Assembly (NCBI GenBank): GCA_964016885.1
Contig: OZ024743.1
Coordinates: 328,414,001 to 328,478,000, forward strand
Length of the DNA stretch: 64,000 nucleotides
DNA from: Eledone cirrhosa
Lineage: Eukaryota
Direction: 5' to 3'
The notes under the pieces were generated by a model. That model saw only the letters and a list, made by a program, of their open reading frames with translations, ran no database searches and was not told the DNA's origin. Position numbers and translations under genes: made by a program. How positions within the stretch are numbered: position 1 is the stretch's first letter; each line of letters begins with the position of its first letter. This document shows positions 35,571 to 49,615 of the stretch, in pieces.

Positions 35571-36419
35571 TCTTACTACCAACTGACAAACTGCATATAC
35601 TTAGACTTTATACCCTCTTATTGTATCTAATCCCTTTAATTAACCACAAAAACCAATACCTATATCCCTCCCTTCTCCTTCATTCCTCTTCTATTTCTTC
35701 TATTTCTTCCTTTCTTCCCTCCCTTTTTGGCTATCTTTTCTTTTCTTCTTTCTGCCCCCTTCTTTACTTTTATTTTTATCATTATTATTTTTATCTTTAT
35801 TTTTTATATATATATTTATCTCTATATCTCCCCCCTCTCCCTCTCTCCATCCCTCCCACTATGATCAATTTAATTCTCTTTAACTCACTACACTCGACGA
35901 CATGAAGTCTACGTATCAAAACTGATCAAGGAATCCTTCCACCTCTACCCCTCCTCCATCTTAGTTTGTCACTCTACTTCCTAACTCTTCTCCCCCTTCC
36001 TCTCTCTCTATACTATTCCGTTTGTCCCCCTCACCTTCTAATTCCTCCTCCTCTCTCTCTATACTAGTAAATACAATTCCAAACAAATGTTTTTCTCTAT
36101 ATATTAAGAATTATTTCAAGAGTAACTTACTCACTATTTTGAAAATTTGGACGTGAACAACAATTATAATTGAGTGGCTGCTATTTGCAGTATAGCAATA
36201 TAAGGTTGCACTTACCAATGAAACAGTCGTAAATACCTGGATAAAATCCTTCTCTTAATGCTTACCTGTGTTTTCTCTTTTATACTTTATACTCCAAGAT
36301 TGAACGGAATTCTTACAAACTTGTGGAGTTACCCCTAACCGTACGTTGAAACCGTCCATGAAACTGGCTTTCTTAACCACGAACTGGATCACAATAAGCA
36401 ATTTTCTGCTTCCCTAACT
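35571..36419 (+). mobile_element. Solo pLTR of the same PLE family as 5147-8661
   Basis: Aligns to 7810-8661 and ends at the same 3' terminus (GCTTCYCTAACT). Confidence 0.9.
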
Positions 36420-36773
36420 TCATTTTTTAATTTATTTAGAAAATTGTTTAATAACCGTTTGTTTCGCTACTTTTATATTGTTCTGGTATCTCGAATTAGT
36501 GCCATTGAACCACATGTATTATAAACAACTTGAATATTTCTACAAGTACATTGTACCTGTTGAGGTATCCATCCACTTCTATAATTTATTCTCCTTACGT
36601 AGAGAACAAAACGTTGAATAATGCCGCTAATTTTAGTGGCAATTCGACATGTTTATAATATCCAGCTTTTATCAGCGACCTGATTTGCGTGTGTGTCACT
36701 TTAACGGCTTGACCGCATGCGTTGGGCAGGGAGCATAATATTTACTTGCTATACCTTATAGCGTGGAAATAGG

Positions 36774-36854
36774 GCTGTCTGAAGATTCATTTCTTTCCAT
36801 TGGAAATTCGTTGGATTTCCAATCTTTCGGAATGATGAAACCGTCGGTAACAGC
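36774..36854 (+). ncRNA. Type I hammerhead ribozyme (canonical core)
   Basis: GCTGT-CTGAAGA-TTCATT...AATGAT-GAAA-CCGTCG-GTA-ACAGC. Confidence 0.85.
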
Positions 36855-37230
36855 ATCTGAACAGGTGATTATTTAATCATTTTTTAATTTATTTAGAAAA
36901 TTGTTTAATAACCGTTTGTTTCGCTACTTTTATATTGTTCTGGTATCTCGAATTAGTGCCATTGAACCACATGTATTATAAACAACTTGAATATTTCTAC
37001 AAGTACATTGTACCTGTTGAGGTATCCATCCACTTCTATAATTTATTCTCCTTACGTAGAGAACAAAACGTTGAATAATGCCGCTAATTTTAGTGGCAAT
37101 TCGACATGTTTATAATATCCAGCTTTTATCAGCGACCTGATTTGCGTGTGTGTCACTTTAACGGCTTGACCGCATGCGTTGGGCAGGGAGCATAATATTT
37201 ACTTGCTATACCTTATAGCGTGGAAATAGG

Positions 37231-37311
37231 GCTGTCTGAAGATTCATTTCTTTCCATTGGAAATTCGTTGGATTTCCAATCTTTCGGAATGATGAAACCG
37301 TCGGTAACAGC
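37231..37311 (+). ncRNA. Type I hammerhead ribozyme, second tandem copy
   Basis: Same sequence as 36774-36854. Confidence 0.85.
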
Positions 37312-37493
37312 ATCTGAACAGGTGATTATTTAATCATTTTTTAATTTATTTAGAAAATTGTTTAATAACCGTTTGTTTCGCTACTTTTATATTGTTCTGG
37401 TATCTCGAATTAGTGCCATTGAACCACATGTATTATAAACAACTTGAATATTTCTACAAGTACATTGTACCTGTTGAGGTATCCATCCACTTC

Positions 37494-37600
<107 letters not shown>

Positions 37601-38029
37601 TTATATATATATGTTTACTTGCATCTTCCATACTCATACTGGCAAAACAAGATGCCCCCTTCTTCTTCTTCTTCTTCTTCTTCTTCTTCTTCTTCTTCTT
37701 CTTCTTCTTCTTCTTCTTCTTCTTCTTCTTCTTCTTCTGCTGCGTGTGAGAGGTGTATACCGTCACAATCGACCCACAATAAATTGAAGTAAACAAAATG
37801 TATGAATGAATGACGATAAAGAGATCGATAAATACGAGATGAAATAAATACATTAAAACAACAACAAAATAAATAAATATTTAGATGAATGATAAAATGA
37901 TAACTGCCTCTAGCTTGACTATTGATAATAGAGTTTCACTTCCGCTATTGAATCATTAACTTCCGGTTGTACAATGTAGTATTCAAGATAAAAGATGGAT
38001 GACTGATAAAACAATAAGAGACATTGATG

Positions 38030-38554
38030 GAGATAAGGGTGAAAGACAGAGATAGAGAGTGATGGAGAGTGATGGAGAGAGAGATAGAGAGAGATGGAGT
38101 GATGGAGAGGGATTGATAGAGAGAGATGGAGAGAGGTGGAGAGAGATGGAGAGATAGAGAGAGATGGAGAGAAATGGAGAGATGGAGAGAGATGGAGAGA
38201 GATAGAGAGAGATATGGAGAGAGATGGAAATATGGAGAGATAAGAATGAGGGAATAAGAGTGAGAGAGAAAGAGGTGCAGAGGAGAGGGAGGTAGGGAGA
38301 TAGGCGAGAGAGTGAGAGTGAGGGAGATTGTGGAGAGAATGATGGAGAGATATGACTAAGGGAATACAGAGGGAGAGTGAGGGGCGGAAGAGAGGGAGGG
38401 TGATAGGTGAGAGAGAGGGAGAGAGTGAGAGAGAGTGGGGAAAGAGAGTGAGATAGAGGAGAGAGTGATGGAGATAACGGTGAAAGAGATACTGAAATAT
38501 GAATAAGGGAGTAAAGAGGGGGAGGAAGAGAAGGAGGAAGATAGGCAAGAGAGA

Positions 38555-38613
<59 letters not shown>

Positions 38614-39405
38614 GATGAGGGAGCGAGAGGGAGAGAGAGAGCGAGAGGAAGCCGGGAGAGAGAGAGGGAGGGAGAGTGGGGCTTGGAGGAGTAAGACAGA
38701 ACTGTTTTTGGTAGTGTAATGAAATGTTTAAAATGGCGTTCATGATGAGAGAAAAATGTGGAGAATAACTACACAAATTAATTATGGATACATACACATA
38801 CACATACACATACATACTGATATATTGGTACACACACACATATACATACACACTGATACATTGGTACATACACACTGATACATTGGTACAAACACACACT
38901 GATACATTGGTACAAACACATACACACTGATACGCACAGATATACACACATGCACACAGATACACACAGATACACACATGCACACAGATACACACAGATA
39001 TACACACACACATACTCATTGACACCCAAACATACACACTGACTCACAAATTGACGCATATACACACACAGATAGTCACATATATACACAGAGATGCACA
39101 CAGTCATACATAGACACACGTATACACACACATCCACACTGACACACAAACATACATAAATTGACGCATATACACACAAACACACATAGATACACACAAC
39201 TACACACATATCGACACATATGCACACACAGATACACACAAACACACAGAGATACACATAGACGCACACGGACTCAAAAGGATACATAAACATACACACA
39301 GATACACAGATACTCGAACATTCACGTACACACACAAATACACATAGACACACACACAGACACACATATATACACACACATATACATACACAGATACACA
39401 CATAC
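38030..39405. repeat. Degenerate GA-rich then CA-rich simple-repeat tracts
   Basis: Direct reading. Confidence 0.9.
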
Positions 39406-39439
39406 GCGAATACAAGCGGCCGAAATGGGGTTCCTCCGA

Positions 39440-39824
39440 AGGGTCTTTGTAGCAATGTTACTCGATAATTCGGAGACCAGAGAGTCACTCCTGATAGAGC
39501 TGCTACTTCTCCGAATTTAGAGATCACAGCTCCGATACTATGGACATGTGGTTAAAATGTCTCAGGAAGGAATCGCTGGACAGATTTTACGGACGAAACC
39601 AACTGACCGGAGACCTAGGAGTAGACCCCCAAGGAAGATGGTTGGATAACATTCATGAGCTTGGCTTGGGGATCCAGCCAGGTCAATTTAAGACGGTTGT
39701 TTCTGACAGGCTCACTGGAAGGAGTGTTTGAGGACTCTGTCTCAACGAACCCCTCAGGAATAAGTGGGCGAAGAAGAAGAAGAAGAAGAAGAAGAAGAAG
39801 AAGAAGAAGAAGAAAAAGAAGAAG

Positions 39825-39855
<31 letters not shown>
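39440..39855 (+). mobile_element. Degenerate RTE-like 3' end with (AGA)n tail
   Basis: Homologous to 13255-13620. Confidence 0.65.
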
Positions 39856-39856
<1 letters not shown>

Positions 39857-40168
39857 CTAGACACTTCCTCTAGTCTGTCATTGCTTACTAGCTCTATACA
39901 GACATACATAGACAAACACAGATATCCATAGATTCCATGATTACCTATATGCTGATGTTCTGTAATTTAAACAAGTGTTGTTATGTGCTGAAAATAACGA
40001 GACGTATCAAAACTACAGAAGACCAGCATAAATATAAACATAACCCGGGATATTACAGCTCTGAAAAGCTCACGAGAGTTAAAACCAGTAAGTAAAAATG
40101 AGATAGCTATGTTTCTTTTTGAAAAAGCCTTTTTTGTATGAACTAATATATATATATATATATATATA

Positions 40169-40883
40169 TATCTTTATGATGTATTGTTTTTGTTTATGCC
40201 ACGAAACTACGTAGTCGAGGAATCTAGGAGCAGTTTAGGTATGATACATTTTATTACTAATTATATCTAAATGTTTCTTCTCTCTTCATAATGTATTTTT
40301 AACTCTGATACTGGTTCAGTCTAGTTCAACCGGATTGGTCTGTCCCAGTCATTCATTGAGCAACATCGATGAAGTTGGCACCCTTAACTCACGGTTGGGT
40401 GCGGATGCATTCATGTATATGTGTGTGTCCGCATGTATCTGTGTGTTTCTAAATATATTGTTAATAACTCCCTCTGGTCGAGCAATCTTTGAAGTGTGGG
40501 GACTGCTGGAAAGCTTCCATTACTCATACTTCTCGCCCCCTTCACAACCTCTTCTACGGCTTCGATATAAATACCCCCTCCGCCTCCGTGGTATTTTCTT
40601 CGGGGTTATAAGAGGCTTAGCTCTGTTTCTCGACCGTTATATCGCGTGACTATCTCCCCCTCCGCCTTTTGGGATTCTTTCTCACGTCGTGTAGACGCGT
40701 TCTTGAGACTATTAAAATGAGGTATCCTCTTGATAAGTCGGCAGACCTCGCAAGGACTCTATATCTTTATGATGTATTGTTTTTGTTTATGCCACGAAAC
40801 TACGTAGTCGAGGAATCTAGGAGCAGTTTAGGTATGATACATTTTATTACTAATTATATCTAAATGTTTCTTCTCTCTTCATA

Positions 40884-40887
<4 letters not shown>
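40169..40887. mobile_element. (TA)n-flanked non-coding element with ~125-bp terminal direct repeat
   Basis: 40169-40295 recurs at 40760-40887 (~591-bp period). Confidence 0.75.
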
Positions 40888-40954
<67 letters not shown>

Positions 40955-40956
<2 letters not shown>

Positions 40957-43152
40957 AGGTTGCTGTTTTCTAATTGTTCTTTAAGTTTAAGTTTAAGTCT
41001 ATTGTCCCACCATACCATGAATAGGTTAGCTATGTCACCTGCAATGCTAACACCAATGGCTGCTCCCTCCTCTTGGGCATATGTTTTTCCATTAAATTTG
41101 AACATATGTTCCTTAAGGGTTAATTTTATACTGGCCCCCACTGCATGTGCAATAATTTTCTTTAGTTCATCGAGGTTTTCGGGGGTCCGTATGGCTCTAG
41201 TCCACCCGTTCCATCTTTCTGTGTGGGTTTTCTTGGCCATTGAGGTAATGGTAGGTGGTCTGCCTCTTGCTGGTGTTGTAGGGCACAGGTTGCTAAGGTC
41301 ATATGTATCTAGATAATCATTACTATAGGTAAGTTTAAGTAGGAGTCCCAGCTCACTGGTATCAATCCCACGGAATTCAACATTGCTCTCACTGATCATT
41401 TCTACGCATTTCTCCACAGCAAAATCCACGTCAATGGATGGATATAGGGACACAACATCCATACTACCAATTATGCAGTTTGTTAGGTCCCTAGATCGGT
41501 TACTTTCGCTGATTCTGCTGAGGAGGTCCTCCGTGCTGTCACATATATCTGGGGACATTTCAATGAAGGGGCGTATGATCATAGAGAGGAAGTAGGAAAG
41601 TCTGTAGTTACTAGCAATGTTAGCTCCACAGACTGGCCGTGTTGGTGGTCCTGTGACAGGGTCACTGCTCGTTTTATGGTCTTTTCGAAGCCCATACAAC
41701 GCTGGCACGTCATTGTTCCAGGCTTGGAAGTTGTTGGCAGCCCTTTTATTGGGCTGCATTATGTTCGTCCACATCATCATATGGGCATTGAGGGTTTTCT
41801 CCCTATCCTCATGCTCTTGTGGTGTTACTTCTCTTGTGTTAGTGATGTGGGGTTGCATTGCCTGGATGTAGTTTGACAGACTGTTAACCGACATTCTGCC
41901 AGACTTGTCTGTTGGAAAGCTGCAATCTCTCCATTACGCGAGCGCTGCATGAGCTTACGCAAGCCATTTGCAGATTTTTCTCCCAGTTGCTGGACCTCCA
42001 TTCTATTTTGCTTATTGCTATACTGTTCTGTAATATTTCTAAGTTTAGATCTAGCTATACTAAATTGTGCTTCTGTTTGTTCATCGACCTGCGACGGCAA
42101 TTGCGTGCGTTTGTTAAAAGCTAAAGTCGTGGCGTGGACTCGTCGTAGGTCGAAGGACATATCGGAAGGATTATAAAAAGTAGAGTTCCAGGATGCTGCT
42201 TTATGTGTACTATTGCTATTGTTAGTTGCGTTGTTTCTATTTCTATTTCCACCAACAGCCTCATGGTTGTTTCTGTGTCTCTAATTATTACCCCTGTCTC
42301 TTTCCTCTGGCTCATTGTTATTATCTACTCTATTTTGTGTGACTGTGTGTTCGTTCTGGTTATTTTCTCTGTCAGTATCGATAGTCTCCCTTCTCCTCTC
42401 AATCCCATTACCTTCCCTCACTTCTGTGTTACTGTCATTACCTGTTTTCTGTGTCTGTGTTTGTTAAGATTGTGGTGGTGGTGAGAGGCATAGAATATGT
42501 GTGTGTTGTTGTTGTTGTTGTTGATGTGTGCTGTTGTTGATGTGTGTTGTTGTTGTCTCCGTGTATGTTATTATTGTTGTGTGTGTTGTTGTTATTGTTG
42601 TTTGTGTCTGTGTATCTGTTGTTGTTGTTTCTGAGTATGTTATTATTGTTCTGACAAGCATTTTATCATATTTACCTTATTATATGTGGCATATTTAGGT
42701 GGTAGCTGTAATATCGATAATTCATCAGAGTCGACTGTAGTGTTGCCGTATATATTTGTGTTGTTGTTGTTGAATTCATCTGTTAATGAGATATCGGCCA
42801 TGTTTATACCATCAATCTTGTCTGGATATTTATCCCTATTCTCTGAAGTTTCTTGGTTTAGTTTCATCTGTTTGAGCCACCTTAATTTCTTGTTAAAGTG
42901 TTTGTCACATTCTTGAACAATGTACTTTTCTTCGAGACATATAAGGTTTATATATATTAATTTTTCTCTTGGTGTGGTGATCTTAGTTATTTCTTGTATT
43001 AGGTTACGCTTATGTTTTTCTTGATGACTCAATTCTCTGTAAATCTTCTTTTTTATGTTTAGAATTAATGTTCGTTTTAGCCTATCTGCTTGCTTTTTGG
43101 TAAGTTGTAATCTTCTTACATCGGGTTTGATGTTATTGTTTTTCGTAGACAA
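40955..43152 (-). pseudogene. PLE reverse transcriptase, frameshifted and truncated before the catalytic DD motif
   Basis: LPPKYA; LYGLRKDHK, PTRPV, SMDVVSLYPSID, YAQEEGAAIGVSIAGDIANLFM. Confidence 0.85.
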
Positions 43153-43399
43153 CAGAACATGGTGGTTTTCAGTATCTTGTTAGCCTGGCTAAGGCTTACT
43201 ATATTTCGTTTCTGAATTTGTTTAGCAAGATTCTTTATCTGAAAACGTGTGTTGAAACCGATATTGTTATGCTTTGGGAGGGTCATGTTGCCAATAAGAA
43301 ACATACGCACCAGTTGATTTCACTCCAATTTATTATAAATTAAATTTATAAATTTTAGGTTGGTTGGTTGGTTCCATAACCGGACGGTTGTTCATATAT

Positions 43400-43447
43400 T
43401 GTAAAAGTTCTTTCGTCACACATTCTGTGACCTCTTCAGTGACTGGG
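43400..43447 (-). ncRNA. Hammerhead-like motif in PLE pLTR
   Basis: Minus: CTGAAGA-GGTCACA GAATG TGTGAC-GAAA; stem I is poor. Confidence 0.55.
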
Positions 43448-44247
43448 GATTCTTTTCTTTGTTTTTGTGCCTCTCCTTTGTTCTGTCCTACGCCATCTTG
43501 TTTTTGTGAGTGTTGCGTGCTTAGTTTGCGCATGTGTTACATCCGGATGTCTGTGTGTGTTTATATTTGTTTATTTATTTGTTTATTTACATGTTACTGG
43601 TTGGTTGTTTGTTCTATGTGTGTGTGTTTTCATTTTGTCCTTAACTGTAAGTTGTGATGCTGCTATTCCATTCATGTTTTCTATTTAATTTTGGTTGGAG
43701 TTCATTTATGTTTATTGCCTCTGTAATTTGTCTAAACATTGCGTCTTATCTGTCTGTAGATTCTATTTTTATTTCTATGTTCTCTAATTTGCCCTTATGT
43801 TCTATTTTAGCATGTTGGTGGAGTATTGATGATTCTTTTTTATCTTGAAGTTCTCGCCAGTGTTCATTTAACCGTTCTCCTATACTACGAGCTGTCTCAC
43901 TTATGTACACTATATTCTTATCTTTACATTGTCCTTCAGTACATTTCTAGTTTTACAGTTAATATAGGGGCTTAGTTTACAGATTATGCATTTCTTATCT
44001 ATACAGGGAGGTCTTTGAAAAGGGTATGTATTGCTAATAAGTGTTTTTATGGAGGTACCTGGTCTTTCTACTATCTTAATATTAAGTTTATGTTTATCTA
44101 GGGCCCTTCTATATATATATATATATATTTATTTGGTTCCTTTACCGGTTTCGCAGTTCTTCTGCTTTTCATAAGTAGAGTTGAGATGGAGGGTCTGTAG
44201 TTTTTCACAGATGTGAGAAAAACCACAGACCCTCCATCTCAACTCTA

Positions 44248-44283
44248 CTTTTGAAAAGCAGAAGAACTGCGAAACCGGTAAAG
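44248..44283 (+). ncRNA. Minimal type I hammerhead, U3-A8 core variant, in fold-back element 44128-44296
   Basis: CTT-TTGAAAA-GCAG AAGAA CTGC-GAAA-CCG-GTA-AAG; second copy at 44904-44939; mutated inverted copy at ~44140-44175. Confidence 0.8.
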
Positions 44284-44290
44284 GAACCAA

Positions 44291-44327
<37 letters not shown>

Positions 44328-44663
44328 AGTTCATACAAAAAAGGCTTTTTCAAAAAGAAACATAGTTATCTCATTTTTACTCAGCGGTTTTAACTCTCGT
44401 GAGCTTTTCAGAGGTGTAATATCCCGGGTTATATTTATATTTATGGTGGTGTTCTGTAGTTTTGATACGTGTCGTTATTTTCAGTCTCGCTCGTTTCACC
44501 CTATTTTACTTGTCCCAATAACTTTATTTAGTTATTGCTCGCACCAACCAGAGGTATATGATTTTTAAAGCGATGGAATACCAATGAAGGTTGGAAGATC
44601 ACTGATGAAGGACTAATTTTATTCATATGTAACCCCTGTGCAACCACGCAGCACTCCATTTTT

Positions 44664-44730
<67 letters not shown>

Positions 44731-45070
44731 TAACTAGAAATTGATTAACATATATATAAACATGAATAATCACAGGAGATAATTTTTTGTATATCTTATA
44801 TATATAAGATATATAAAAAAAGTATATATATGTGATATATATATTATATATATATATATATCACAGATGTGAGAAAAACCACAGACCCTCCATCTCAACT
44901 CTACTTTTGAAAAGCAGAAGAACTGTGAAACCGGTAAAGGAACCAAATAAATATATATACTTAAAAAAAAAAAAAGACTCCAGTTGCATTTTCGATTTCA
45001 TCTTTTTTTCTTTATACTTTCACTCGTGTAGGACACCTCGGTTATTTTTCATTTTGTAAAAAAACCTCAC

Positions 45071-45130
<60 letters not shown>

Positions 45131-45287
45131 CGAAGGAAGTGTGGTAAGGAACCAGATGGACCATAACGCACCAGAGTACTCAATACTTAGGGTAGTAGAG
45201 TGCGTAATAGGGAAATGTTTAACCCCGACGGCAGAGCTGAAGCCGTGAGAAACGGCTTGAGCTCTGCCGTCGGGGTTAAACATTTTC

Positions 45288-45370
<83 letters not shown>

Positions 45371-45579
45371 AAAAGAGTCGGGACCCCGACGGCTGAGCTC
45401 CGGCCGTTTCGACAGCTAGTTCAGAACTATGTGTCGAAACGGCTGTAGCTCAGCCGTCGGGATCTGACTCTTTTTCTATTACCCACTCTACTACCCATAG
45501 TATCGAGTACTCTGGTGCGTTGTGGTCCATCTGGTTCCTTACCACAATTCCTTCGTTATATATATATATATAGGAACCA

Positions 45580-47133
45580 GTAAGACCCCGACAGCTGAGC
45601 TCAAGCCGTTTCGACGGCTAATTCTGGACTAAATGAAAATTTATCCTGGTATTTAAATAGCCGATCTTCTCAAGGGGTAATTCCATATATGGTCAAAGTG
45701 ATTGTCAAAAATCAGTAGTAATTCTGTGGTTGCAAATTAGTAGGGGAGATGGTGGCTAAACCTGCCAGTAGGAGAAAGAGGGGAGGGGTGGAGTAGACCC
45801 AATCAAGCGTTGGTAGTGCCAGCTACAGCTGGGCATGAGGTCAAAGAAGATACAGGGGAGGGGGAGGGGGAGGAAGTCGGAACGGTAGGTAGAACAATGG
45901 GGGGTAGAAATATATAGGAAAGAAAAAATACTGAGAGTGAAGAAAAGCAAATAAGTGTAAAGAAAAAAGTAAAGTAAATTAAATTCTACGACCTAGCTCT
46001 CAGGCTATTGTTAGGCTAGAATAAAATAAAGAAAGAAAGAAAGAAGTAAATAAATAAATAAATAAATAAATAACGAAATAAGTAAAAGAACTAGGTGGGA
46101 CGAAATAGGCAAGGACCCTTTTAAGAGGTATAAGTACGTAAATGATACGGTGACGGGTCAACAAAAGGGGCCAAAATACTAAAGAGACTACCACGAAATA
46201 AACAATAAAGGTTTCCATCCCGGGCCAGCAACGACCCAGTGCAGCAAAGTGAACTTGTACGAGATAATAATTCTGAGTCCCGAGAAAAAATTTTTTGTAG
46301 CTTGTTTTAGATCTTTTCGAGTTAGCATTAGTATATATTTTTCTCGGGACTCAGAATTATTATCTCGTACAAGTTCACTTTGCTGCACTGGGTCGTTGCT
46401 GGCCCGGGATGGAAACCTTTATTGTTTATTTCGTGGTAGTCTCTTTAGTATTTTGGCCCCTTTTGTTGACCCGTCACCGTATCATTTACGTACTTATACC
46501 TCTTAAAAGGGTCCTTGCCTATTTCGTCCCACCTAGTTCTTTTACTTATTTCGTTATTTATTTATTTATTTATTTATTTACTTCTTTCTTTCTTTCTTTA
46601 TTTTATTCTAGCCTAACAATAGCCTGAGACCTAGGTCGTAGAATTTAATTTACTTTACTTTTTTCTTTACACTTATTTGCTTTTCTTCACTCTCAGTATT
46701 TTTTCTTTCCTATATATTTCTACCCCCCATTGTTCTACCTACCGTTCCGACTTCCTCCCCCTCCCCCTCCCCTGTATCTTCTTTGACCCCATGCCCAGCT
46801 GTAGCTGGCACTACCAACGCTTGATTGGGTCTACTCCACCCCTCCCCTCTTTCTCCTACTGGCAGGTTTAGCCACCATCTCCCCTACTAATTTGCAACCA
46901 CAGAATTACTACTGATTTTTGACAATCACTTTGACCATATATGGAATTACCCCTTGAGAAAATCGGCTATTTAAATACCAGGATAAATTTTCATTTAGTC
47001 CAGAATTAGCCGTCGAAACGGCTTGAGCTCAGCTGTCGGGGTCTTACTGGTTCCTATTACCCACTCTACTACCTCAAGTATTGAGTACTTTGGTGCGTTA
47101 TGGTCCACCTGGTTCCTTACCACATTTCCTTCG

Positions 47134-47137
<4 letters not shown>
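45580..47137 (+). mobile_element. Fold-back pLTR-type element, ~710-bp inverted arms, ~48-bp spacer, (TA)n-flanked
   Basis: 45580-46289 is the reverse complement of 46338-47056; shorter copies ending TTCCTTCGTTATA at 45128-45290, 45366-45560, 48394-48552. Confidence 0.9.
46949..47042 (+). ncRNA. Type I hammerhead, U3-A8 core variant with long stem III
   Basis: ACCCC-TTGAGAA-..CGGCTA...TAGCCG..-GAAA-CGGCTTGAGCTCAGCT-GTC-GGGGT. Confidence 0.75.
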
Positions 47138-47221
<84 letters not shown>

Positions 47222-47817
47222 AAATGGCGTGCTGCGTTGTTGCGAATGTGATACATATGAATGAAAATAGTCCGAGAAACGGGACTGTCCATTATCAGTA
47301 GTCTGCTGATTATCATTGGTATTTCTTCGCATTAAAGACTAGATACCTAAAATCAGTGCGAGCGATAACTAAAATAAGTTATCGGGACAGAGTGAATTGG
47401 AAGGGGGAAGTAAACAAAGAACATGGTAGTAATGCAACGTAAAGAGAGGAAAAGAGAGACAAGTCAATGAATCTTGTGGACTTAAGCCCAAACAAATCAA
47501 TCGACGAGACGAGGCAGACACGCGAAAAGTGAGAGAGAAAAGGGTTTCACACAGGTCAGACGGGAGGAAGTGAGAGAGGGGGAGTAGCAGTGAAGTGAGT
47601 TAGTGAAAGTGTGAGGAAGAGGCCAGCCCTTCTCTCCCTTTCTTCTCTCTCCATTTTCCCATCACTCTCCCTCTTACTCGTCAACCGATATATCAACTCT
47701 GTACCTAACACCTGTAAACACATACACACTGACACATATAAACATCCTGTTGTCTTAAGAAGCTTTGGGAAAATTGAAAATTGAAATATGGTCGACCCAA
47801 CGTAGGTAACCATAATG

Positions 47818-48008
47818 ATTGTTTCTATTTTTGGCACAAGGCCAGCAATTATTCCAGTGTATTACTGGTACTTTATTTTATCGACCCCGTAAGGATGAAA
47901 GGCAAAGTTAACCTCGGCGGGATTTGAACTCAGACCATAAATGGCCGTATTTCTTTGCTGCAAAGCATGGCGTCCGACCCTCTACCGATACTGCCATTCC
48001 ACCGCCCT
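47818..48008 (-). mobile_element. tRNA-derived SINE (family 1)
   Basis: Matches 2848-3033. Confidence 0.85.
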
Positions 48009-48331
48009 ACCGTAGGTAACCATAATAATAGTGAATAACTATAAATAATAGTTGAAAAAATCGGTTAAAGAAAGAGAGAAAGAACGAGAGAAAAGGGTAG
48101 CGGGAGAAGGAAAAGAAAGAAAGAGAGGGAGAGAGAAAGGAGAAGGAAGGAAGAGAAAAAGAAGCAAAGAAAGTGAGTCAGAGTTTTGTCGCAGTTTCCT
48201 CTTCCCCCTCCACCTGTCCCCTCATCATTTGTCCTTCCCCCTTCCTTTGAAAGACATTCATGTGACCGAGAAATGAGGCGCGTGCGCATGTGTGTGAAAG
48301 AGAGCGAGAGAGAGAATACCGCAGATGATAA

Positions 48332-48397
<66 letters not shown>

Positions 48398-48550
48398 CGA
48401 AGGAAGTGTGGTAAGGAACCAGATGGACCATAACCCACCAGAGTACTCGATACTTGGTGTAGTAGAGTGGGTAATAGGAAAATGTTCAAGATCCCGACGG
48501 CAGAGCTCAAGCCGTTTCGACGTTCGGCGGCTATTTCTGGACTAGTCCAG

Positions 48551-48587
<37 letters not shown>

Positions 48588-48685
48588 TGTATATGTATAT
48601 AAAAGGTAAACAGAAATAACAGCACAATCGGTACAGTATATGGAAGGAATATATTAGGTTAACGCTTGATATAGCAGGAAGAGGG

Positions 48686-48721
48686 TCTTAACGTTTCGGA
48701 CGCTAGTCCTTCATGAGAAGA
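48686..48721 (-). ncRNA. Minimal hammerhead with G5C core mutation (probably inactive)
   Basis: Minus: TCTT-CTCATGA-AGGAC TAGC GTCC-GAAA-C-GTT-AAGA; same family as 34061-34160. Confidence 0.65.
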
Positions 48722-49570
48722 ACGAATGAGAAATAAGATAAATTGAAGAGACGTGCGGGTTGGAATTGGAGAAAATGTCTTCAGATAAAAATAACAGGTC
48801 CATTCAGGTTGACATCTCTTATATATATATATATATATATATATAAACTTAGGAAAATCAACAAAGAGAGGACAAGACAAAATACAAAACAAAAAACAAT
48901 AATAAATTACTTTTTGAAAACGAAAGACGCAGACGTCCAGGGTTACAGCGTCTGACACAAGTCGAAGCGGTGTCCTGTGGAGTAAGAGACGAGACAAAAC
49001 ACCAACTTATATGACACGTACACAGAATTTCACGTGACGACAAGGTAAAGATATAGTGTCTCATAGTACGAAACTCTCGTGAGTGAAACAGGGGGGAATA
49101 GAAGAAGAAGAAGAAGAAGAAGAAGAAGAAGGCATGATATCGTGTTAAAAAATGTGTGCCATTGAAAATAATGGCGGGGAGAGTAACAAGACTTACTGTT
49201 TAGCCTTAATAAAATTTATATATATATATATAGTAATAATAATAATAGTAATAATAATAATAGTAATAATAATAATAGTAATAATAATAAATTTGAAGAC
49301 TAAAATCCAAAGAGGGCTCGATAAGGATAAATATATATCAAATATATAAGAACCGTAGAACAAATATTTATTAAAACAAACAGATTCAAGTTTAAGCAAA
49401 GAATCGCTGCTTTCACCCTTAACGAGATCTTCTGAAACTAACGAAGTCAATCTGTGAACGCAGAAGTGAATATTTCAAAAAACGTTGCAACCGGAGGAAG
49501 ACAGGAAGACGATACTTTGGTTTTAGGTATGTTTTCCTGCTTGATTCTTTGATTAAACTTTAATCTGTTA

Positions 49571-49615
<45 letters not shown>

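Larger units (their letters stand above)
40955..44108 (-). mobile_element. Second Penelope-like family: upstream pLTR (GIY-YIG + hammerhead) followed by a broken RT ORF, (TA)n at both ends
   Basis: Minus 44105-43665 reads KIVERPG...C..C...VYISETARSIGERLNEH...RQITEAINI...PKLNRKHEW; RT motifs lie downstream. Confidence 0.85.

Noticed and set aside
37919-39527. Long low-complexity ORFs (also 10200..11045 and 61599..63682)
   Set aside because: They are translations of microsatellites.
40955-44108. PLE with N-terminal (permuted) GIY-YIG domain
   Set aside because: The endonuclease is preceded by the RT-to-EN linker and followed by non-coding sequence with a hammerhead, so it is an upstream pLTR in the usual partial tandem.
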